Part shown: positions 37,371 through 46,169 of the stretch, one piece after another | How positions within the stretch are numbered: position 1 is the first letter of the stretch | Layout: every line of letters begins with the position of its first letter | Source: Spirochaetales bacterium | Lineage (GTDB): Bacteria; Spirochaetota; Spirochaetia; JAIPGG01 | Direction: 5' to 3' | Length of the DNA: 64,000 nucleotides | Assembly (NCBI GenBank): GCA_021736255.1 | Contig: JAIPGG010000003.1 | Location: 7,792 to 71,791 of the forward strand | Notes under the pieces: generated by a model | Seen by the model: the letters and a program-made list of their open reading frames with translations, nothing else | The model's database searches: none | What the model was told of the DNA's origin: nothing | Program-made: the position numbers and the translations under genes

Positions 37371-37387
37371 TTGAAAATAATTTTCAA
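37371..37387. promoter_or_regulatory. palindromic operator 2, TTGAAAAT-A-ATTTTCAA (Fur-box-like)
   Basis: Read directly. This is a perfect 8-1-8 inverted repeat just upstream of the -35 of the fur-like operon and 50 nt upstream of the hisS ATG. Confidence 0.55.
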
Positions 37388-37436
37388 TTCGCGTATCCTT
37401 GCTGTAATCAACCGCAGTGTATCCGAGAGGTGTACA

Positions 37437-38777
37437 ATGAAACGAATAGAACCACGCGTACTCAAGGGATTCCGGGATTTTCTTCCGGAAAATCAGCGCA
37501 GGCGTATCGACTTGCAGAAGCAGCTCGAAAAGACCTTCCGTTCCTACGGATTCGTCCCGATAGACACACCGGTTCTCGAGTATACCGAGGTTCTTCTGGG
37601 CAAGGGAGGCGGGGATACGGATAAACAGATCTACCGGTTTCAGGACAATGGAGGCCGGGATGTTTCAATGCGTTTCGACCTGACCGTACCCTTTGCTCGA
37701 TATATGGCCGCTCACCGATCGGAACTCTACCTCCCCTTTCGCAGATACCACATCGACAAGGTCTGGCGGGGAGAAAATACACAGCGCGGCCGTTACCGAG
37801 AGTTTGCACAGTGCGATTTTGATATTGTGGGGCCGGACAGCGGCGAGGCGGATCTCGAAATACTTCTTTTGATGCGGGATGCGCTTGCTTCAATCGGCAT
37901 CGAAAACATCAGCATCAGGGTCGCTCACCGGGGTTTGTTCAACCGATTTCTCAGCCGGCTCGGGGTCGAAGACAAGTCGGTCGAGATACTCCGGCTCGTG
38001 GACAAGGTTCACAAAATCGGCAGGGAAGAACTCTCTACACAATTGACCGAACTCGTGGACTCGGAAAAGGCCTCGGCAATCATCTCGTATATCAGCCCGC
38101 AGGAAACCGGGCTGAAGAAACCCGCTTCCTCCTCCGAAAACTTTTCCGTAATCGACATGCTCGAAGAATCAGCGGGGGGCCAGGACGAAGACAGCAGCCG
38201 GCTTCGCTATCTCTTCGAACAACTCGAGGCATCGGGGAATGGGGCGGCCTTCCGGATCGATCCGTCGATCACCAGAGGGCTCGATTACTACACTGGTGTA
38301 GTCTTTGAAACCTTTCTCGAGGATCTGCCTTCTCTCGGTTCCGTCTGTTCAGGCGGACGCTACAACGATTTAGCAGGACTCTACACAAAGGAATCACTGC
38401 CGGGAGTAGGATCTTCTATCGGGCTGGACAGGCTCATAGCCGGAATGGAAGAACTCGGAATAAGCGGCAGCAAAACCGCTGTGTGCGAGGTGCTCATCCT
38501 CAACTTCTCCCCCTCTCTATCCGGCGCCTATCACCGGCTCGCCCGAGCCCTGAGAAATGCCGGAATCAGTTGTGAAATCTTTCCGGAGGCAAAAAAACTC
38601 GGAGCTCAGTTCCAATACGCGGAGAAAAAGGGTATCCCTTATGCCCTGATCATGGGAGAGGAAGAACACAAACGGGGAACTGTGAATCTAAAGAATATTA
38701 CAACCAGAGAAAACGAAGACGACCTTACTCCCTCGGACGCCGCAGAAAGGCTTCGCAGGTATCTCTCACACCCCTGA
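37437..38777 (+). CDS. hisS: histidine--tRNA ligase
   Basis: The ATG at 37437 (SD GAGAGG) gives MKRIEPRVLKGFRDFLP. Class II motifs include RYHIDKVWRGENTQRGRYREFAQCDFD and GGRYNDL. Confidence 0.9.
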   Translation: MKRIEPRVLKGFRDFLPENQRRRIDLQKQLEKTFRSYGFVPIDTPVLEYTEVLLGKGGGDTDKQIYRFQDNGGRDVSMRFDLTVPFARYMAAHRSELYLPFRRYHIDKVWRGENTQRGRYREFAQCDFDIVGPDSGEADLEILLLMRDALASIGIENISIRVAHRGLFNRFLSRLGVEDKSVEILRLVDKVHKIGREELSTQLTELVDSEKASAIISYISPQETGLKKPASSSENFSVIDMLEESAGGQDEDSSRLRYLFEQLEASGNGAAFRIDPSITRGLDYYTGVVFETFLEDLPSLGSVCSGGRYNDLAGLYTKESLPGVGSSIGLDRLIAGMEELGISGSKTAVCEVLILNFSPSLSGAYHRLARALRNAGISCEIFPEAKKLGAQFQYAEKKGIPYALIMGEEEHKRGTVNLKNITTRENEDDLTPSDAAERLRRYLSHP

Positions 38778-39636
38778 GCACACCTTCATCCATAGCTCCC
38801 GGTTTGTCCTGGTGGGTATGCCACTGGGGATACCCCAGGTCGATAAGAATAACAGCAGGAATACCCTGAAGAAAAAAGGGATAATGATCACTGATTACAA
38901 AGCCCTTCCGATAAATCGATGAGTCCCCAGAGAAACCTGCAGCAGCACCGCCGGGACGGGTTCCGGCAAAACGGAAGAAGCGTTGAGTCAACAAAAGGCT
39001 TGGCTCGTGATAGAGACAGTGGAGATCGATCCACCACTTAGGAGAACGCCCTCCGACCATATCGAGGATAAGTGCTTCCTCCGGGAGTGAAGGTACTGGA
39101 TGATCTACGAACCAGTAGGCACCCTCGCTGAAGCGGTTCACCCCGATATTTCCCACATCTTCGGCGTCGAAAAATACGAGGACCGTATCATACGGCGGAG
39201 GATCCCAGCGAAAACGCCGAAGAAGGGAAATCAAAACAGCCGTGCCCGATCCCCCGTCGTTGGCACCGGGTATGGGGCGGGTCCTTTCTGCAGGATCGGC
39301 TTCGTTGTCTGCAATAAGCCGGGTATCGTAATGAGTGCCTATGAGCCTCGGCCCGGGTCCGTCTTCTTTGCGCGTATTATCTGTAGCTCCCGGCTCTGCA
39401 GCAGGCTGCGAGCCGGGCTCTCTGCCGTTAGTCCCTTTACCGTTCGCCCCGAAAAACCGGGCCGCCACGTTCGTACATTCTACCAGCTGTCCCTTCAGGA
39501 ATATGGAGAATGATTGACGGTAAACCTCATCGGCACAGGCCCGGCACTCCTTCATCAGGAATGTTGTGAGCTGCTCATGAGCGGAAGCACCCGGCACCCG
39601 GCAGCCGAGCCCGGTCTGGTATTCGACAAGGTCCAT
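38725..39636 (-). CDS. M28-family peptidase / glutaminyl-peptide cyclotransferase-like protein
   Basis: GTHYDTR, GANDGGSGTAVLISLLRRF and VLVFFDAEDVG. I chose the start MDLVEY at 39636. The 3' end overlaps the hisS 3' end by 53 nt. Confidence 0.65.
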   Translation of the reverse strand: MDLVEYQTGLGCRVPGASAHEQLTTFLMKECRACADEVYRQSFSIFLKGQLVECTNVAARFFGANGKGTNGREPGSQPAAEPGATDNTRKEDGPGPRLIGTHYDTRLIADNEADPAERTRPIPGANDGGSGTAVLISLLRRFRWDPPPYDTVLVFFDAEDVGNIGVNRFSEGAYWFVDHPVPSLPEEALILDMVGGRSPKWWIDLHCLYHEPSLLLTQRFFRFAGTRPGGAAAGFSGDSSIYRKGFVISDHYPFFLQGIPAVILIDLGYPQWHTHQDKPGAMDEGVLRGVRDTCEAFLRRPRE

Positions 39637-39682
39637 GAGCTCTCCGCCTGATCCGGAGGAATTGTTCCGATTCTGTGGCAAA

Positions 39683-40864
39683 TCAACCAATCTCGAAGGA
39701 AATTTCGGCGTCAGTCTTTGCCGCAGAACCATTTTGAAGATAGAGCCGTATCCATTCCACCCCTGTTTGCGAATATGCCTGAAAGGCCGCATCCTCGAGA
39801 TAGCGGTCGAGAACGGAATCTATGGCCCGTGCTCCAGTCTCCCTCTCTCTCGCTTTCTGCACCATGGCATGCAGCACATCGTCTTCGATAAGGAGCTCGA
39901 TGCCTTCGAGGGAGAATTCCCGCTGCCAGTTCTTGGCAATCCGTCCGCGAACGATTTCCATAAGCTCCTCTTGTGTTAGAGAAGAAAAGGGGACAATCCG
40001 CCGAAAACGGCCTATCAATTCAGGCATAAATCCATAGGTTTGGAAATTTCTGACCATTTCCAGTTCATCCTGTTGATAATCGACGGCAATACTGCCCGGC
40101 CGTCCATCGATCTTTTTGTCGAAACCGATAGTTCGGCCCCGTTCTCGATCAATTACCCCCTTGAATCCGGAAAACGCACCGCAGGCAAGAAACGCAATAT
40201 TATCGGTGGGAATCATCCGGCGGCGGGCGTACTCGGAATGTGTTATATCTTCCGGAACCGGAACGGTAGTATTCTCCAAAAGCTTTAAGAGCTCCCTCTG
40301 CACTCCCATTCCCGAGACATCCTTGGTGGTCCCTCCGCCGGAGAAAACAGCCCGGTTGGAACCGCCCGAGAGTTTGTCGAATTCATCCATGCAGATAATC
40401 CCGACAGCTGCCGCAGCTGGATTCATGTCGGCAGCGTAGAGAAGCCGAGTGAGCAGGGTACTCACATCCTGGCCTACATAACCGGTCTCGGAAAAGGTCG
40501 TCATGTCGACTACGGCCGTAGGAAGTCCGAGAATGAAGCGAAAGGCAAGCTCCACAAGATAGGTCTTTCCGCAACCGGTAGGCCCGACCATGAGCATCGT
40601 GCCCTTCGCGGGAAGCTCCGCCGGATCCATTTTCCTTATAAAGATTGAACGAAGCCGTTCGAGGTGCCGGTACGCAAAGAGAGAGACGGCCTTGACCGCC
40701 GTTTCCTGGCCAATGTAGCCAGCATTTCGGATTCCGGCAGCAATTTCAGCCGGAGTCGGCCGAGGAAGCGACTCGACATATTCCGCCATATAATCCTGAT
40801 AACCGAAAGACTCGGGCTCTTCCGTTTTTCCGGCAATGCTGTCTTCGCTGTATATCTCCGCCAT
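39683..40864 (-). CDS. ClpX-like AAA+ unfoldase lacking the N-terminal zinc-binding domain
   Basis: Walker A VGPTGCGKTYL, pore loop ETGYVGQDV, Walker B ICMDEFDK, KDVSGMGVQRELLKLLEN and an IGF-like tripeptide (GRTIGFDKK). The N-terminal 60 aa contain no Cys pairs. Confidence 0.75.
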   Translation of the reverse strand: MAEIYSEDSIAGKTEEPESFGYQDYMAEYVESLPRPTPAEIAAGIRNAGYIGQETAVKAVSLFAYRHLERLRSIFIRKMDPAELPAKGTMLMVGPTGCGKTYLVELAFRFILGLPTAVVDMTTFSETGYVGQDVSTLLTRLLYAADMNPAAAAVGIICMDEFDKLSGGSNRAVFSGGGTTKDVSGMGVQRELLKLLENTTVPVPEDITHSEYARRRMIPTDNIAFLACGAFSGFKGVIDRERGRTIGFDKKIDGRPGSIAVDYQQDELEMVRNFQTYGFMPELIGRFRRIVPFSSLTQEELMEIVRGRIAKNWQREFSLEGIELLIEDDVLHAMVQKARERETGARAIDSVLDRYLEDAAFQAYSQTGVEWIRLYLQNGSAAKTDAEISFEIG

Positions 40865-40959
40865 ATTCATTAAAATTATAGCACACGGGCATAAGGCCGG
40901 CAAAGTCCGTCGTCAAACCATCGGTAGACAAGAGGCCTGCTCCATGAAAGAATAGAATC

Positions 40960-43452
40960 ATGCAGCCACATGAACTTCCAGTATATAAACAGAAAGAACG
41001 TATTCTTACAGCTCTCGAAAAAAATCAGGTGCTCGTCGTCGAAAGCCCCACCGGTTCGGGAAAGACGACTCAACTTCCGATCATCCTTCATGAAGCAGGG
41101 TACAGCAACACCGGGATTATCGGTATAACTCAACCGCGACGGATAGCCGCGCTCTCAGTCTGTGAATATATATCCAAACAGCTCGACAACGAAGTCGGTG
41201 ATCTCGCAGGTTACAAAATGCGTTTCGAGGACATCACCTCCGAAAAGACCCGTCTCAAGATCGTGACCGACGGCACTCTCCTTCAAGAGATGAAAACAGA
41301 TTTCTATCTGACTCGCTATAATGTAATTATCGTCGACGAGGCCCATGAGCGCAGTCTCAACATAGATTTTATCCTCGGCTTGCTCAAACAGGTTCTCGAG
41401 TTCAGAAGTGATCTGAAGGTTATTATCTCTTCTGCAACAATCAATGCGGAAATTTTCTCCGAATATTTCAACGAATGCCCGATCGTTCACATAGATACCG
41501 AGATGTATCCGGTACAGGTGGTTTACGATCCTCCGAAAGACGAAACCGAAGAAGAATCCTACCACCGAAAAATAGCCGATATCGTAGGGAGAATCATGCT
41601 GGAAAAACGGGAGGGGGACATACTCATATTCCTCTCCGGTGAACGCTCTATCAAGGAGTGCATTTCACTTCTTGAAAGCAGGCCCTACAGTAAACATCTC
41701 CACGTCCTTCCCCTGTATGCTCGACTGGCAAAAGAGGAACAGGAACGGGTTTTCAATCCGGCCCCGAAGGGAAAAACCAAGGTGATTGTTGCAACGAATA
41801 TTGCAGAGACGAGCATAACCATCGACGGAATTACATCAGTAATCGATTCGGGTCTTGCGAAAATGAACTACTACAATCCCAGGACATTCACCTCTTCGCT
41901 CATCGAAGGCCCCATTTCCCGGGCTTCCTGCAATCAGCGCCGCGGTCGGGCGGGTCGAACACAACCCGGTACATGCTACCGTCTCTACTCGAAAAAAGAC
42001 TACGAAAGCCGTGATCTGTTTACCAAGGAAGAGATCCTGCGCACCGACCTGTCGGAGGTTGTGCTCAGAATGGCCGAAATCGGCATCCAGGATTTCGAAT
42101 CCTTCGATTTTATTTCCCCGCCGGGGAAACCTGGCCTTATCGCAGCCGTCGAAACGCTGCTGCTCTTCGAAGCCATAGACGATGAACGAAACCTGACTGA
42201 AATCGGATCGCTCATGTCGCGCTTTCCCCTTATGCCCAAACACTCCCGTATGCTGGTAGCGGCAATTATGGAATATCCGGAGGTTCTGGAAGAGATCATA
42301 ATTGCAGCATCGTTTCTGACAACCAACAACCCCTTTCTGCTGCCGGACGGAGAGGAGCTCGCTGCCCGGCGGGCCCACCACAGCTTTCGTCATGATTATG
42401 GGGATTTTATTTCTTACTTGAACATCTATCACGCTTTTATCAAAGCCGAAGATCAAGAGCGGTTCTGCAAGGATTATTATTTTGATATCAAGGTGATGAC
42501 GGAAATCGCCAATGTCAAACAACAGCTCGAAGAAATTGTGGCCGAACTGGGTATTCCTATCCAATCCGGGGGAGGAATCCGGAAGTACCTCATAGCGGCT
42601 TCCAAAGGGTTGATCCAATTCGTCTGTGTTCGTTCCGGACGCCGTTTCTACCGGAGTGTAACCGCAGAACAGATCTTTATCCATCCCGGTTCCGTCTTGT
42701 TTCAGGAAAACCCAAAATATATTGTGGCAGGAGAAATCGTAAAAACCAGCAGGATGTATGCCCGTTCGGTCTCTCCCCTCAACAAAGAATGGCTTGAATC
42801 AATTTCCGATCACCTGGTAAAGGCCCTGGTTGAACCGGAAGAAAAAAAGGGAGCACCGGAGAAGAAAAAGACAGAGGAAAAAACCCAAAAGAGAGAAAGC
42901 AATCTCCTGCAAATCGGGAATGAAAGCTTCGAAGTCAAATCCTACAAGGGCAAAAAAAACATGGCCGTTCTGCCTTACGAGAAAATCAACCGGGTAGTAC
43001 ATACCTTGAAGCTTACTTCTCTAAGGCCCTATCGATCGATGCGGGCGGTCATACTGCTGAACGACAACGAAATCCTCAGCGGCACAAAACTCAATACCAT
43101 CATAAAGGTTCTGCCCATGATCGATCCCGATCTCAGTTATGCAGATTCGTGGCCGCGGGGAGAGAACCTGCACATTCCCGAAGACCAGGATAAAGTCTGT
43201 GAGTGGGTCGGAAAATGTCTAAAGCTGTGCCGAAAAAAACCGACCAGCAAACAACTCGGTTTTCTGACTCTGGTTACAGAGGGTTCCGGGCGGTATTGGT
43301 TTGTAAGTTCACGGAGCCTGCATTCTTCGGTAGGCCAAAGCATGGCGAGCATCGATACCTTGGTAGATGAAATAGGAGACGACCTCACGGACCGGCAGCA
43401 GGAAACAATCAACTCTACCTACAGGCGGCTCTCCTCCTTTTTCGAGATATAG
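40960..43452 (+). CDS. ATP-dependent DEAH-box RNA helicase (HrpA/HrpB-like)
   Basis: ESPTGSGKTTQLP, VDEAHERS, SATI, TNIAETSITIDG and QRRGRAGR, with HA2/OB-like C-terminal parts. Confidence 0.85.
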   Translation: MQPHELPVYKQKERILTALEKNQVLVVESPTGSGKTTQLPIILHEAGYSNTGIIGITQPRRIAALSVCEYISKQLDNEVGDLAGYKMRFEDITSEKTRLKIVTDGTLLQEMKTDFYLTRYNVIIVDEAHERSLNIDFILGLLKQVLEFRSDLKVIISSATINAEIFSEYFNECPIVHIDTEMYPVQVVYDPPKDETEEESYHRKIADIVGRIMLEKREGDILIFLSGERSIKECISLLESRPYSKHLHVLPLYARLAKEEQERVFNPAPKGKTKVIVATNIAETSITIDGITSVIDSGLAKMNYYNPRTFTSSLIEGPISRASCNQRRGRAGRTQPGTCYRLYSKKDYESRDLFTKEEILRTDLSEVVLRMAEIGIQDFESFDFISPPGKPGLIAAVETLLLFEAIDDERNLTEIGSLMSRFPLMPKHSRMLVAAIMEYPEVLEEIIIAASFLTTNNPFLLPDGEELAARRAHHSFRHDYGDFISYLNIYHAFIKAEDQERFCKDYYFDIKVMTEIANVKQQLEEIVAELGIPIQSGGGIRKYLIAASKGLIQFVCVRSGRRFYRSVTAEQIFIHPGSVLFQENPKYIVAGEIVKTSRMYARSVSPLNKEWLESISDHLVKALVEPEEKKGAPEKKKTEEKTQKRESNLLQIGNESFEVKSYKGKKNMAVLPYEKINRVVHTLKLTSLRPYRSMRAVILLNDNEILSGTKLNTIIKVLPMIDPDLSYADSWPRGENLHIPEDQDKVCEWVGKCLKLCRKKPTSKQLGFLTLVTEGSGRYWFVSSRSLHSSVGQSMASIDTLVDEIGDDLTDRQQETINSTYRRLSSFFEI

Positions 43453-43471
43453 GATTTCCGGGTGCCCCACA

Positions 43472-44605
43472 TCAATGGAGAAATTCATCCAGAAAGGAAA
43501 TCAATGTCCGGGGTTCGGTTTCGTGAAAAAAGGTATCCAGCGGTCCGCGCTGCAGAACAAGACGCACCAGGCTGCTGCGGTTTTTCTTGTCATGCGCCAT
43601 AGCTTCCACGAGTTTTTCGGAGTTGATCTTGTGTTCCCCCGATTTTAGGACATCTGCACCCTGCGGAAAACCGTACTGCCCGAGCAGCCGTATTACTTTG
43701 TCCGCATATTCGTTTCCGGTAATTCCAATTTTTCTGCCGAACTCCATAGCCGCGGTAATTCCCCATGCTACAGCCTCTCCATGGGACCAGCTGCTGAAAC
43801 CGGTCGCCGATTCGAGGGCATGCCCGAATGTGTGCCCCAGATTGAGAACTCCCCGCCTTCCGGCTTCACGAAAATCCTCTTCGACAATTCTTCCCTTCAC
43901 CTGGATTGAACGGCGAACTACCTCGTCTACCACAGCCGGTTCCCGCTTTTCGATTTCTTCATGTTTGTCTTCACATATACCGATCAAGTCCGGGTCCTGA
44001 AGCAGGCCCGACTTTATAACCTCGGCCAAACCGGAGCGGTATTCACGCTCGGGCAAACCTGAAACAAAGCCGGTATTGATTATGATCCGTGAAGCCGGAT
44101 AGAAGGTGCCAATGAGATTTTTGTATCCCTTGAAATCGAAGCCGGTTTTTCCGCCCAAAGCGGCATCAACCATCGCCAGGAGGCTGGTTGGAACGAGAAT
44201 GAGGTCCACACCCCTCATGTAGATGGAAGCGGCAAAGGCAGTAAGATCACAGACGACTCCTCCCCCCAAACCGAGTATTGAGGAACCACGACGGAGGCCC
44301 GCCGATAGAGAAGCAGTAAGGATCTTTTCTATCGATTGAAAGTTTTTGTTCGCCTCTCCTGCTTCGAGTAAAACCGGTCTTGTTTTTTCAGGGAGAGCCT
44401 GTCCAGCCTCAAAGCGGGATGTTTCAAACAGCCGGCAGGAATCGAGAAGACCGCCCGTGTTTTGATCGGCTACCACGAGATCAGGGGAAAAAGGCTGAAG
44501 GGTTTCAGTGGATGTATCGGCCCGGCCGACAAACTCTACTCGGCTGTGATACGTGCCAAAGGTAAAATCGAAAACGCTGTCGCCTGCGGAACCGGAAAGA
44601 ACCAT
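43472..44605 (-). CDS. aroB: 3-dehydroquinate synthase
   Basis: GGGVVCDLTAFAASIYMRGVDLILVPTSLLAMVDAALGGKTG and LNLGHTFGHALE. Confidence 0.85.
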   Translation of the reverse strand: MVLSGSAGDSVFDFTFGTYHSRVEFVGRADTSTETLQPFSPDLVVADQNTGGLLDSCRLFETSRFEAGQALPEKTRPVLLEAGEANKNFQSIEKILTASLSAGLRRGSSILGLGGGVVCDLTAFAASIYMRGVDLILVPTSLLAMVDAALGGKTGFDFKGYKNLIGTFYPASRIIINTGFVSGLPEREYRSGLAEVIKSGLLQDPDLIGICEDKHEEIEKREPAVVDEVVRRSIQVKGRIVEEDFREAGRRGVLNLGHTFGHALESATGFSSWSHGEAVAWGITAAMEFGRKIGITGNEYADKVIRLLGQYGFPQGADVLKSGEHKINSEKLVEAMAHDKKNRSSLVRLVLQRGPLDTFFHETEPRTLISFLDEFLH

Positions 44606-44673
44606 AGTAACCGACAGTATAGCGGTCTCATCTCAGCTTGTCACCGGCATAACGATTCTTTGGAGAATGTTGT

Positions 44674-45063
44674 TCAATTGTTCGAAGAGGTGTTGATGCC
44701 ATGGTCGGTCGGGAAATCCGGGTATTCCTGAATGCGATCATTCCCGAGACCCTGTAAAATCGATTTGATATAGGCATCCTGAATAGAATAGATACGCTTG
44801 TTCCCCTGTATTTCAGAACGCACAATCCCTTTGTCTTTAAGCACCGCAAGGTGCTGGGAAATAACCGGCTGCGGCTGATCGAGGCACTGCCAAAGGTCGG
44901 TTACACAAGCATCTTCACGTTCGATAAGGCAGAGGATCTTCAATCGCAGTGGATGACCACACACTTTCAGTTTCTGTGCATACTCTTCGATAAGGCTGTC
45001 GGGGCAACACGTATTCTGTATCATAACGCTATATAGTGTATCCTGTTTTTTGTACAATGACAA
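44674..45063 (-). CDS. ArsR/SmtB-family transcriptional regulator
   Basis: HPLRLKILCLI..ACVTDLWQCLDQPQPVISQHLAVLKDKGIV. The listed start is a TTG, and an ATG at 45024 is an alternative. Confidence 0.8.
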   Translation of the reverse strand: MSLYKKQDTLYSVMIQNTCCPDSLIEEYAQKLKVCGHPLRLKILCLIEREDACVTDLWQCLDQPQPVISQHLAVLKDKGIVRSEIQGNKRIYSIQDAYIKSILQGLGNDRIQEYPDFPTDHGINTSSNN

Positions 45064-45080
45064 TAGATATATGGTATAAT
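45050..45080 (+). promoter_or_regulatory. candidate promoter giving a leaderless mRNA for the Mth938-like gene
   Basis: A TATAAT at 45075-45080 lies only 7 nt before the ATG at 45088, and no SD is present. A TTGTAC -35-like element at 45050-45055 is part of the palindrome TTGTACAA. Confidence 0.35.
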
Positions 45081-45087
45081 TGTAATT

Positions 45088-45432
45088 ATGGAAGCAACAA
45101 ACCTCAAATTTGGATCAATCGAAATTAACGGTACCGAATATGATCACGATCTAATTATCGACCGAAACCGTGTGTTGCGAAGAGACAAAAAACCCTCGAA
45201 GGTCGGGAAAAAAATTTTCGGTCATACACCGGTAACTGCAAAGGAAATGCTCCCCTGGAACTGCAAGCGGCTGGTTATTGGAACCGGCCTCTACGGCAAG
45301 CTCCCTATCGGGGAGGATGTCTATACCGAGGCCGAGAGACATGGAGTAGAAATCGTCGCGGTAAAAACCCCCGAAGCCCTCTCTTATCTGAATGAAGAAG
45401 ACACGAATTTCCTTTTACACCTAACCTGCTGA
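45088..45432 (+). CDS. Mth938-like domain protein (DUF498)
   Basis: 114 aa with FGSIEINGTEYDHDLII, LVIGTGLYGKLPI and GVEIVAVKTPEA. Confidence 0.7.
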   Translation: MEATNLKFGSIEINGTEYDHDLIIDRNRVLRRDKKPSKVGKKIFGHTPVTAKEMLPWNCKRLVIGTGLYGKLPIGEDVYTEAERHGVEIVAVKTPEALSYLNEEDTNFLLHLTC

Positions 45433-45467
45433 AGGGATGCAGCTTGCGCAGGACCGTCGGCTGCGGC

Positions 45468-46169
45468 TTATCGGCGGCCGAAAAACCGCAGCAAGAGAAT
45501 AAAGAGATTGATGAAATCAAGATAAAGCTTTAGTGCCCCGAGGACGGATAGTTTTACAAACTCTTCTTCGGAGATCGAAGAGCCGTATTCGTGACTCCAG
45601 CGTTTGATCATCTGGGTATCATAAGCAGTCAAACCCATAAACAAGAAAACACCGATGAAGGAAACGATCCAATACAGCCCGGGACTTTGGAGAAACCAGT
45701 TGACCACTGAGGCAATAATTATCCCCACAAGACCCATGATCAGATAGCGTCCGAGCCCGGAAAGGCTCTTGCGGGTAGTCATTCCGTAAATACTCATGGC
45801 GGCAAAGGTTCCGGCCGTTACAAAAAAAGCTACGGCAATGCTCCCTCCGGTATAAGGGAACAGAATGACCGACAAGGTGATCCCATTCAGCGCGGCATAG
45901 ATAATAAAAGAAAGGGTAGCCGTTCCGGCGCTCATCTTGTTCAGCCGAGCGGAAAGAAAAATCACCAGACCAAACTCTGCGAATACCAAGAGAATCAGGA
46001 TGAGGGGATTTTGCATCAACACGTTCATCAAAGGCCTGTTCGTAACAAAGAGAAGAGCGATGACGCCGGTCAGTCCAAGACCTGCAGCCATCCAGGTATA
46101 CACGTTCTTGAGAATGGTATTCTCCCTCAATACAGGCGAAGAAAGAACTTCTTGACGGGAATAGGGCAT
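45468..46169 (-). CDS. Bax inhibitor-1/YccA family membrane protein
   Basis: 233 aa with seven TM segments, LKNVYTWMAAGL and a C-terminal ALKLYLDFINLFILLLRFFG. Confidence 0.85.
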   Translation of the reverse strand: MPYSRQEVLSSPVLRENTILKNVYTWMAAGLGLTGVIALLFVTNRPLMNVLMQNPLILILLVFAEFGLVIFLSARLNKMSAGTATLSFIIYAALNGITLSVILFPYTGGSIAVAFFVTAGTFAAMSIYGMTTRKSLSGLGRYLIMGLVGIIIASVVNWFLQSPGLYWIVSFIGVFLFMGLTAYDTQMIKRWSHEYGSSISEEEFVKLSVLGALKLYLDFINLFILLLRFFGRR

